A DNA stretch of 64,000 bases, taken from contig JAMCQP010000083.1 in the NCBI GenBank assembly GCA_023381695.1, positions 5,165 through 69,164 of the forward strand. Reading direction: 5' to 3'. Positions 56,615 through 64,000 of this stretch are shown piece after piece. Each line of letters starts with the position of its first letter. The stretch's first letter is position 1. The position numbers and the translations under genes are program-made. This stretch comes from Bacillota bacterium. Its GTDB lineage: Bacteria > Bacillota > UBA5301 > JAMCQP01. Under the pieces are notes generated by a model that did no database searches, had not been told where the DNA came from, and saw only the letters and a list, made by a program, of their open reading frames with translations.

Positions 56615-57484
56615 TTGTTGGCACAACAAGTGGCAAGCGGGCTGGCGATGGGCTGTCTTTACGCGCTGGCCGCCCTGGGGCTGGTCTTGATCTACAAAAC
56701 CTCGGACATGGTGAACTTTGCCCAGGGCGAGATGTCGATGATCAGCACCTTTGTGGCTTATACCTTCCTATCGGTGGCCGGCCTGCCCTTGGCGGCGGCC
56801 TTCGTCCTGGCGGTGATCTTTGCCGGCCTCTTCGGGCTGGCGGTGGAGCGGGCCTTCCTGCGTCCGATTCAGAATGCCCCGGTGATCACTCTGATGATTG
56901 TCACCCTGGGCCTGTACCTGATCTTTAACGGCATAGCGGGCTGGATCTGGGGTTACGACCCGCGGAGCTTTCCGTATGCCGTGGTTGGCGGGCCGCTGGT
57001 GGTGGGCAAGGTGATCATCAGCCGGGACAGCCTGCTGGTCATGGGCGTAACCCTGTTTTTGACGCTGGCGCTCTACCTGGTGTTGAGGTTCAGCCTGGCC
57101 GGCATCGCCATGCGGGCTACGGCGCAAAACGCGGTAATGGCACGCCTGATGGGTGTTCCGGTGAAGCGCGTCCACTCCTGGGCCTGGGGGATCAGCGCTG
57201 TCCTGGGGGCGGTGGCCGGGATCCTGATCGCGCCCACCACCTTTCTGGATCCCAACATGATGGCGGAGATGAATATCAAGGCCTTTACCGCCGCGGTTCT
57301 CGGCGGCTTCTCCAGCCTGCCGGGGGCGGTGGCGGGGGGGCTGTTGCTCGGGGTGCTGGAAAATCTGGTGGCGGGTTACATCTCCACGGAATTTAAGAGC
57401 ACCTTTGCCTTCGGCCTGATCATTATCGTTCTGTGGCTGCGGCCCCATGGTCTTTTGGGCGCCCACCACCGAAAGAAGGTGTAA
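56615..57484 (+). CDS. Liv-type ABC permease (LivH family), second system
   Basis: The LivH-like N-terminus LAQQVASGLAMGCLYALAALGLVLIYK is read directly. Confidence 0.85.
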   Translation: MLAQQVASGLAMGCLYALAALGLVLIYKTSDMVNFAQGEMSMISTFVAYTFLSVAGLPLAAAFVLAVIFAGLFGLAVERAFLRPIQNAPVITLMIVTLGLYLIFNGIAGWIWGYDPRSFPYAVVGGPLVVGKVIISRDSLLVMGVTLFLTLALYLVLRFSLAGIAMRATAQNAVMARLMGVPVKRVHSWAWGISAVLGAVAGILIAPTTFLDPNMMAEMNIKAFTAAVLGGFSSLPGAVAGGLLLGVLENLVAGYISTEFKSTFAFGLIIIVLWLRPHGLLGAHHRKKV

Positions 57485-57488
57485 GCGG

Positions 57489-58517
57489 ATGAACCGGTCC
57501 CGATTAAGGTTTGTGGTTGGAGGGGTTCTCCTGCTGGCGCTTCCGTTTTTGCTGAGCGGGCGCGGCTACCTGGTTTATCTGGTGGATCTGGCCGGGGTTT
57601 ATGTGGTGTTGACCCTGGGACTCAACATTCTTACGGGGTATGCCGGGCAGATCTCCATCGGGCACGCGGCCTTCATGGCCATCGGGGCCTACACCTCCGC
57701 CTTGTTGACCCTGAAGCTGGGGGCGCCTTTCTGGCTGGCAATGCCTGTAGCCGGTCTAATCGCCGCGGCGGTGGGCGGTTTTCTCGGAATCACGGCCTTG
57801 CGCCTATCCGGGCATTATCTGGCCATTGCCACGCTGGGCTTCGGGGTGGCCATCTCCCAACTGGCGGCCGCCTGGGAGCCGGTTACCGGCGGGTTTCAAG
57901 GATTGAAGCCTCCAAAACCGTCGCTCTTCGGGATTTTGTTTAACAACGAGATAAAGTATTACTACCTGGAACTGGCGGTGGTGGTCCTTTTGGTCTGGCT
58001 GGCGGTAAATCTCCTGCGCACGCGCGCCGGCCGGGCTTTCATGGCCACCCGCGATAGTGAGATTGCGGCTCAGGCCATGGGTATCTCGCTGCCTGAATTC
58101 AAGACGGCGGCCTTTGCCACCAGCGCCTTTTACGCCGGGGTGGCGGGAAGTCTTTACGGCCATCTGGTGGGATTCATCAGCCCGTTTGATTTCAACCTGT
58201 CGGTCTCGCTCATGCTGCTGGCCGCCATTGTGGTGGGGGGCCTGGGCTCCATCGAGGGTTCGGTGTTTGGGGGAATCTTCATCACCCTTCTGCCGCAACT
58301 CTTCAGCCGGGTGAAGAACCTGCCGTCGGTCCTGACCGGGGTGGTCCTGATTCTGGTGGTGCTCTTTTTGCCATCCGGCCTGGCGGATCTGGTGAGGCGG
58401 GTTAAACTCAGGATAATCGCCAGGGCAGGTACGGGTGCAGGTCCAGGCGCAGGTGTCGCCGCAGGCACGAGCGCGGGTGCAGGAGGTGAGGGGCTGGATG
58501 TCTCTGCTGGCGATTGA
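57489..58517 (+). CDS. Liv-type ABC permease (LivM family), second system
   Basis: LivM-like core. The Gly/Ala low-complexity C-terminal tail is unusual. Confidence 0.85.
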   Translation: MNRSRLRFVVGGVLLLALPFLLSGRGYLVYLVDLAGVYVVLTLGLNILTGYAGQISIGHAAFMAIGAYTSALLTLKLGAPFWLAMPVAGLIAAAVGGFLGITALRLSGHYLAIATLGFGVAISQLAAAWEPVTGGFQGLKPPKPSLFGILFNNEIKYYYLELAVVVLLVWLAVNLLRTRAGRAFMATRDSEIAAQAMGISLPEFKTAAFATSAFYAGVAGSLYGHLVGFISPFDFNLSVSLMLLAAIVVGGLGSIEGSVFGGIFITLLPQLFSRVKNLPSVLTGVVLILVVLFLPSGLADLVRRVKLRIIARAGTGAGPGAGVAAGTSAGAGGEGLDVSAGD

Positions 58518-59331
58518 AGGGCTGACGGTCAAATTTGGAGGGCTGGTGGCCGTCAACGACCTGTCCCTGGCGGTGGAACAGGGCGCCATCCACGGGTTGA
58601 TCGGCCCCAACGGCGCGGGCAAAAGCACGGTCTTCAACTGTATCAGCCGGTTTTACAAGCCGTCTGCGGGTACGATGCATTTTGACGGCCGGAATCTGGC
58701 AGGTCTCGAACCCCACCAGATTATCGGCCTGGGGATCGCCCGGACCTTTCAGAATGTGGAGCTGTTCCGCAGGCTGACCGTCCTGGATAACCTCCTGATT
58801 GGCTTGCACAGCCGAACCGGAGGGGGTGTGGTCTCCGGGGCCTTCCTCCTGCCAGGGGTTCGCCGGGAGGAACGGCAGGCTCGCGCTCGGGCCATGGAGG
58901 TTCTGGATTTTCTGGGAATCGGGCATCTAGCCAACCAGTCGGCGGCGGGCTTGCCCTACGGGCAGCAGAAGCTGGTGGAGCTTGGACGCGCCCTGGTCTC
59001 CCAGCCAAAGCTATTGCTCCTGGATGAACCGGCGGCGGGAATGAACAACCAGGAGACCGCTGAACTGGGCGGCCTCATCCGCCAGATCCGGCAGTCTTTC
59101 GGGGCCACGGTACTGCTGGTTGAGCACGACATGTCCCTGGTCATGAGCCTCTGCGAGCAGATTACCGTGGTGAACTTCGGCAGGAAGATTGCCGAGGGAA
59201 GACCGCGCGAAATCCAGCAAAACCAGGCGGTCATTGAGGCTTATCTGGGGGAGGAAGCCGGTCCCGGAGAGGCCCATTTCAGGGATGCCCAAGGGGAGGA
59301 CCGGCCTGAGAGGGGGGCTCAGCGTGCTTAA
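58498..59331 (+). CDS. ABC ATP-binding protein (LivG family), second system
   Basis: Walker A GPNGAGKST, signature and Walker B. Overlaps the livM-2 end. Confidence 0.9.
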   Translation: MSLLAIEGLTVKFGGLVAVNDLSLAVEQGAIHGLIGPNGAGKSTVFNCISRFYKPSAGTMHFDGRNLAGLEPHQIIGLGIARTFQNVELFRRLTVLDNLLIGLHSRTGGGVVSGAFLLPGVRREERQARARAMEVLDFLGIGHLANQSAAGLPYGQQKLVELGRALVSQPKLLLLDEPAAGMNNQETAELGGLIRQIRQSFGATVLLVEHDMSLVMSLCEQITVVNFGRKIAEGRPREIQQNQAVIEAYLGEEAGPGEAHFRDAQGEDRPERGAQRA

Positions 59332-60058
59332 GCTCACCGGCATCCACGTTTATTACGGCAGGGTCCACGCCTTGAAAGGCATCTCCCTTGATGTCCGGCA
59401 GGGCTCAACCGTAGCGCTTCTGGGCGCCAACGGCGCGGGCAAGACCACCACCCTCCGGACCGTGTCGGGACTCCTTTCCCCGCGCTCAGGGGCTGTCGAA
59501 TTTCTGGGCCGGCGGATCGACGGCCGGCCCGCGGAAGAGATTGTGCGCCGGGGGATCGTGCAATCGCCGGAGGGACGCCAGGTCTTCCCGGAGCTTACGG
59601 TGGCGGAAAACCTCCGGATTGGCGCTTACACGCGGCGGGATCGCGCGGGAATCAGGCAGGACCTGGAGCGGGTCTATCAGTACTTCCCGGTTCTGGCGCA
59701 ACGGGCGTCCCAGACCGCCGGAACGCTCAGCGGCGGCGAACAGCAGATGCTGGCCATCGCCCGGGCCTTGATGGGAGCCCCCCGGTTGCTTCTTCTGGAT
59801 GAGCCTTCCCTGGGCCTGGCGCCGCTGGTTACCCGGGAGATCTTTCAAATTATCAAAGCGATCAACGCCGGGGGAATGACCGTCCTTTTAGTGGAACAGA
59901 ACGCCCGGCAAGCCCTGGCTATCGCCGATTATGCCTATATCCTTGAGACCGGCAAGGTTGTTCTTGCCGGTAAGGGTACGGATCTGATGAATAACGAGGA
60001 GGTGAGGCGGTCGTACCTGGGGGAACGGGCCGGAAGCGCGGCATCCGGGAATGGCTGA
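59324..60058 (+). CDS. ABC ATP-binding protein (LivF family), second system
   Basis: Walker A GANGAGKTT, signature SGGEQQMLAIARAL. GTG start with RBS GGGGGG. Confidence 0.85.
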   Translation: MLKLTGIHVYYGRVHALKGISLDVRQGSTVALLGANGAGKTTTLRTVSGLLSPRSGAVEFLGRRIDGRPAEEIVRRGIVQSPEGRQVFPELTVAENLRIGAYTRRDRAGIRQDLERVYQYFPVLAQRASQTAGTLSGGEQQMLAIARALMGAPRLLLLDEPSLGLAPLVTREIFQIIKAINAGGMTVLLVEQNARQALAIADYAYILETGKVVLAGKGTDLMNNEEVRRSYLGERAGSAASGNG

Positions 60059-60090
60059 GAAGATCGCTTAATCAGATGGGAGGAAAGAGC

Positions 60091-61320
60091 ATGTTTTCAA
60101 GATCATCGCGTCGTAATGGATTGCGTCGGGTGCTTCTGGCCTGCCTGGCAGGAATTTTCGTCCTGGCCTTGGGGGTTATGCCGGGCGCTGACGCTATTAC
60201 CGGGGGTCTGGCGGCGGCCAGGACACCGGGGGTTACCGATGACACCATCCTGATCGGGACCTTTCAGGCCCTCTCCGGCCCGGCGGCGCCGATTGGCGTC
60301 GGCGTCAAGAAGGGCCTGGAATCCTACCTCAATTATGTCAATGAGCAGGGTGGCGTCCATGGCCGCAAGATCAAGTTGATTGTGGAAGATGACGGTTTTC
60401 AGCCCTCCCGTACCGTGGCCGCGGTAAAGAAGATGGTGGAGCAGGATGGGATCTTTGCCATCGTGGGCGGTCTTGGCACGCCGACGGGCCTGGCCGTGAT
60501 GGATTATGTCCTGGAGAAGCAGGTGCCGTTTGTCTATCAGGGCAGCGGCGCCAGCGTGTGGGCCGATCCACCCAAGAAGTACTATTTCCCCGTGCAGCCC
60601 AACTACACCAATGAAGGCGCTCTCCTGGCCCAGTATGCGGTAAAAGAGCTCAAGGCCAGGAAGATCGCCGTGATCTATCAAAACGACGATATCGGCAAGG
60701 AAGGGCTGGCCGGGATGACCAGGCAACTCAAAAAGTTGGGCCGCGCGGTGGACCTGGCGGTGGGTTTTGCCCCAAGCGAGATGGATTTCAGTTCCTATGT
60801 GCTGAAGTTGCAGGCCGCCAACCCCGACGTGGTCATTCTGTACTGCCTGGCCAAGCCGGCGGCGGCTGTTGTCAAGGAGTCCCAGAAGATGGGCTTTGCG
60901 CCCCAGTTCCTGACCACCTATCCCAACGCGGACCTGGCGATGTTCAACCTGGCGGGGCCGGCGTGGAACGGGGTCATCATTCCGGGTTGGGTGCCCATCC
61001 TGGACGAGAAGGATCCAGATGCCAGGAAGTTCCTCGGCATCTTCAACAAGTACTACCCGAAGGAGCTCCCCAGCGGCTATGTGGCTGCCGGGTTCATCGC
61101 CGGCGAGATCTTTGTCGAGGGCCTCAAACGGGCCGGCAAGGACCTGACCCGGGACAAGCTCATCGCGGCCCTGGAGACGCTCAACAGTTGGGATGGCATC
61201 ATGGCCAAGGATATCACCTATGGGCCCAATGAGCGGTCTGGGAAGACCTCCATGTACTTTCTGAAGGGCGAGAATAATAACTACGTGACTATCTCCGGGT
61301 GGATCAAGCTGGGCAATTGA
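60091..61320 (+). CDS. ABC substrate-binding protein (Leu/Ile/Val-binding-protein fold), second system
   Basis: Signal peptide and type I periplasmic binding fold. An alternative in-frame ATG lies at 60076. Confidence 0.85.
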   Translation: MFSRSSRRNGLRRVLLACLAGIFVLALGVMPGADAITGGLAAARTPGVTDDTILIGTFQALSGPAAPIGVGVKKGLESYLNYVNEQGGVHGRKIKLIVEDDGFQPSRTVAAVKKMVEQDGIFAIVGGLGTPTGLAVMDYVLEKQVPFVYQGSGASVWADPPKKYYFPVQPNYTNEGALLAQYAVKELKARKIAVIYQNDDIGKEGLAGMTRQLKKLGRAVDLAVGFAPSEMDFSSYVLKLQAANPDVVILYCLAKPAAAVVKESQKMGFAPQFLTTYPNADLAMFNLAGPAWNGVIIPGWVPILDEKDPDARKFLGIFNKYYPKELPSGYVAAGFIAGEIFVEGLKRAGKDLTRDKLIAALETLNSWDGIMAKDITYGPNERSGKTSMYFLKGENNNYVTISGWIKLGN

Positions 61321-61372
61321 CACTCCGCACGGCTGAAGCCGTGGGATTCTTGGGGCAATAGGGGGCGGTTTC

Positions 61373-62557
61373 ATGCGGGAAGTTGTAATTGCGGGAGCGG
61401 CGCGGACCGCTATCGGCAACTTTGGGGGCAGCCTGAGCACGATTCCGGTCACCCAACTGGGGGCGGCCGTGATCAAAGAGGCCGTGAAGCGGGCCAAGGT
61501 GGGGCCAGGCGCTGTGGACGAAGTAATCATGGGCAACGTTTTGCAGGCCGGCCTGGGTCAAAATCCCACCCGGCAGGCGGCGATGGCCGCGGGCCTGCCC
61601 CAGGAGGTCCCATCATACACCGTCAATAAGGTATGCGGTTCTGGGTTAAAGTCGGTGGTGCTTGGGGCCCAGGCCATTCTGCTGGGCGACGCCGAGGTGG
61701 TGGTGGCCGGCGGCATGGAGAGCATGAGCCGGGCGTCGTACCTTCTGGAGGAGGCCCGGACCGGTTACCGGATGGGTGACGGCAAAATGGTGGACTCCAT
61801 GCTCCGGGACGGGCTGATCGATGCCTTTGATAACGTCCACATGGGGGTTACCGCGGAGAACATCGCCGAACAGTACGGTCTCACCCGCCAGATGCAGGAC
61901 GAGTTTGCCGCCTGGAGCCAGCAGAAGGCCGAGAAGGCCATCAAAGAAGGCAAATTTGTGGAGGAGATCGTGCCGGTGGAGATTCCCCAGCGCAAGGGGG
62001 ATCCAGTGATCTTCACGCAGGATGAGTTTCCACGGCCGGGGACCACGATGGAGAGCCTGGCCAGGCTCAAACCGGCTTTCAAGAAGGATGGCACGGTAAC
62101 CGCCGGAAACGCCTCCGGAATTAACGATGGGGCGGCGGCGGTGGTGCTGATGACCGCCAGGAAGGCTGCTGAGTTGGGGATGGAACCCCTGGCCACCATC
62201 AAGTCCTGGGGGGCCGCCGGCGTGGATCCCAAGATTATGGGGATCGGGCCGGTTCCGGCCACCCGCAAGGCGCTGGAACGGGCTGGATTAAAGGTGGGCG
62301 ACCTCGAACTCATCGAGGCCAACGAGGCGTTTGCGGCCCAGTCGCTGGCGGTGGCCAAGGACCTGGGGCTTGACCGGGCCAAGGTTAATGTCAACGGTGG
62401 CGCGATTGCTCTGGGGCATCCCATTGGAGCCAGCGGCGCCCGGATCCTGATTACCCTGTTGTACGAGATGAAGCGCCGTAATGCCAAAAAAGGCCTGGCC
62501 ACCCTGTGCATCGGCGGCGGGCAAGGGATTGCCGTGATCGTGGAGCGTAACAGATAA
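61373..62557 (+). CDS. Acetyl-CoA C-acetyltransferase (thiolase II)
   Basis: [11 protein letters not shown] (Cys nucleophile), a NEAFAAQ-type motif, and C-terminal GH...CIGGGQG. Confidence 0.9.
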   Translation: MREVVIAGAARTAIGNFGGSLSTIPVTQLGAAVIKEAVKRAKVGPGAVDEVIMGNVLQAGLGQNPTRQAAMAAGLPQEVPSYTVNKVCGSGLKSVVLGAQAILLGDAEVVVAGGMESMSRASYLLEEARTGYRMGDGKMVDSMLRDGLIDAFDNVHMGVTAENIAEQYGLTRQMQDEFAAWSQQKAEKAIKEGKFVEEIVPVEIPQRKGDPVIFTQDEFPRPGTTMESLARLKPAFKKDGTVTAGNASGINDGAAAVVLMTARKAAELGMEPLATIKSWGAAGVDPKIMGIGPVPATRKALERAGLKVGDLELIEANEAFAAQSLAVAKDLGLDRAKVNVNGGAIALGHPIGASGARILITLLYEMKRRNAKKGLATLCIGGGQGIAVIVERNR

Positions 62558-62679
62558 GATAGCGGTATAAGTAATCGATGGCCAGGGCCTGCCCCCATCT
62601 GGGTGGGCCTTGAAAGTATACTCGCCCGCGGCCTGGCAAAGACTAACCCAGACGAGAGGTCGGTCGGGGAGGGACTCCG

Positions 62680-63414
62680 GTGGCGGAACATACGCTGGTG
62701 GTCGTTTACGGAGCGGCGGCGGGTTTTTCGCTCTTTTTCGGCAGCCTGTTGGCTCTGACGGTGGAGATGACCAGGAGGACCCTGGCGGCAATCCTGGCTT
62801 TCGGAGCCGGGGTGCTGATCAGCAGCCTGACATTTGGGTTGATGGAAGAAGCGTTCAAGCATGGCGGGTTCGATGCGGCCATTATCGGCCTGGCGGCCGG
62901 GGCCTTGCTTTACTACGGGATGCACCAATTTTTGAGCCACCATCCCGGGCACAAGGGCTCCCATGCTCACGGGAAGGATTCCGGCAAAAATACGGGCACG
63001 GCCATCGTCCTGGGAGCGCTTTTGGACGGGCTTCCCGAACAATTTGCCATTGGTTTTGGCATCAAAGTCGGTTCAAACCTGGGGTTGCTGGTAATGGCGG
63101 CGGTCCTCCTCAGCAACCTTCCGGAATCCATCGCCGCCACCAAGAACCTGGTTGGCAACGCGTCCCCCTTTGTGCTCATCAGGCTCTGGCTTTTGATCGG
63201 GGCCATCTCCACGCTGGCCACGCTGGCCGGCTATTCATTTGCGGAGATTATCCCCGGGGATCTTCTGGGCGGCGTGATGGCATTCGCCGCGGGGGCGGTG
63301 CTGGCCATGATCTCGGATACCATGCTGCCGGAGGCTTTTGCGGATGCCGGGCGCCTGGTATCGCTGGCCACCGTGGCCGGGTTTTTGACCTCATTTATCA
63401 TCTCGCGGTTGTAG
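62680..63414 (+). CDS. ZIP family metal transporter (ZupT-like)
   Basis: Eight-TM profile with a His-rich loop (HHPGHKGSHAHGKD) and conserved HNxPEG-like motifs (LPESIA, LPEQFA). Confidence 0.8.
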   Translation: MAEHTLVVVYGAAAGFSLFFGSLLALTVEMTRRTLAAILAFGAGVLISSLTFGLMEEAFKHGGFDAAIIGLAAGALLYYGMHQFLSHHPGHKGSHAHGKDSGKNTGTAIVLGALLDGLPEQFAIGFGIKVGSNLGLLVMAAVLLSNLPESIAATKNLVGNASPFVLIRLWLLIGAISTLATLAGYSFAEIIPGDLLGGVMAFAAGAVLAMISDTMLPEAFADAGRLVSLATVAGFLTSFIISRL

Positions 63415-63459
63415 GAGCCAGCCCATGGCAACTTCTCAGGTGAAAAGGAGGTGCATCAG

Positions 63460-63675
63460 GTGCATAAACAGGAGAGCACCCTCAAGGTGGAGGGGATGAC
63501 CTGTGGCCACTGCGCGGGAACCGTGGAAAAGGCGGTCAAGAGCCTCAAAGGCGTGGAAAAAGCTTCCGTGGATCTGGCCGGGGGTTCGTTGCAGGTTGCG
63601 TATGACGCCGACCAGGTGGGGATCCCCGACTTCAAGCGAGCGGTGGAAGAGGCCGGGTATGAGGTGGTTGGGTAG
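63460..63675 (+). CDS. copZ: Heavy-metal-associated (HMA) domain copper chaperone CopZ-like
   Basis: MTCGHCAGTVEKAVK (MxCxxC) motif. RBS AAAGGAGG, GTG start. Confidence 0.8.
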   Translation: MHKQESTLKVEGMTCGHCAGTVEKAVKSLKGVEKASVDLAGGSLQVAYDADQVGIPDFKRAVEEAGYEVVG

Positions 63676-63723
63676 AAAACCGCCGTAAGTCCACAGGCTG
63701 ATAAATTCCCAGGGCTTTGGAAG

Positions 63724-63782
63724 GTCCCCGTTGGCGCAGCGCTGGCCCGATCAGGTGCGGGCGCTCAACCGGGGACTTTTTT
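63724..63782 (+). terminator. Rho-independent terminator after copZ
   Basis: Long GC stem (gtccccgttg ... caaccggggac) followed by TTTTTT. Confidence 0.55.
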
Positions 63783-63900
63783 GATGTACTGTCAGCAGGA
63801 GTTTGACCGCCGGCTGGTGAATGAAAGAAGAAGATCGAGGATCTTGAGCGAAAAGCGATTGGCGCAGGTTTAGATGGCGCGGTTAAACTGGGTGGGGTAA

Positions 63901-64000
63901 ATGCAGGCTTTTATTGGCGCCCTGAAAAAGACGCTGGTTGGCACCTGGGAGAATCTCTGGGAGTTGATTCTGGTCAACCTGCTCTGGCTGCTCTCCACCA
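63901..64000 (+). CDS. Hypothetical membrane protein, 5' fragment (runs off the window)
   Basis: An ATG-initiated hydrophobic ORF (MQAFIGALKKTLVGTWENLWELILVNLLWLLST) open to the window end. Confidence 0.3.
   Translation, partial: MQAFIGALKKTLVGTWENLWELILVNLLWLLST

Noticed and set aside
62558-62679. Zur box upstream of the ZIP transporter
   Set aside because: Only a loose GTAATCGAT fragment is present, with no dyad resembling TCGTAAT-N-ATTACGA.
1-64000. tRNA, rRNA, CRISPR arrays, transposases or integrases
   Set aside because: No tRNA-like T-arm/acceptor patterns were seen in intergenic spacers. There are no regularly spaced short repeats with unique spacers, and no transposase or recombinase motifs. 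The only mobility signals are the low-GC TA cassettes.

Overview
The window is a high-GC (about 65%) bacterial chromosome segment that is densely coding on both strands, with no rRNA, tRNA, CRISPR array or transposase recognised. A YIEGIA-family sporulation protein together with a TolC-family outer-membrane channel suggests a spore-forming, diderm-type Firmicutes-like (possibly thermophilic) organism; this placement is inference. Gene order, left to right: a 5'-truncated S8/PA-domain subtilase; an MFS transporter; a low-GC orphan MNT-type nucleotidyltransferase; DnaE, divergent from a DinF-like MATE pump across two LexA (Cheo) boxes; SfsA; YIEGIA plus a small partner; an MFS transporter; a TolC / HlyD-adaptor / FtsX-type-permease efflux operon with no ATPase gene; a large membrane protein of unknown function; a translationally coupled modB-modC-mobA-mobB operon; a C-N hydrolase; a PIN-domain remnant; DedA; a giant (about 1620 aa) multi-CBM GH13 amylopullulanase-like gene split by a +1 frameshift in a G8 tract; YbaK; a VOC protein; a sigma-54 module (CBS-PAS-PAS-AAA+ activator, perfect -24/-12 promoter with two TTCCG-N6-CGGAA upstream sites, GntP permease, Pct/YdiF-type CoA-transferase); a SHOCT protein divergent from prsA across four phased 11-bp repeats; an unusual MalT-like NTPase-TPR-SARP hybrid regulator; a low-GC vapBC pair; and two paralogous Liv-type ABC importer operons. 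The two Liv operons bracket an acyl/ester-metabolism island: three alpha/beta-hydrolases, an atypical KAS III-like enzyme, an SDR, a 4-hydroxybutyrate-type CoA-transferase, a secreted lipase-like hydrolase with an adjacent membrane-anchored PrsA/SurA-like chaperone-like protein, a repeat-rich intergenic region with a 14-codon ORF, and a thiolase. The window ends with a ZIP transporter and CopZ. The Liv-bracketed island and the sigma-54 hydroxy-acid module are the best candidates for undescribed systems; all functional calls rest on motif recognition without database searches.
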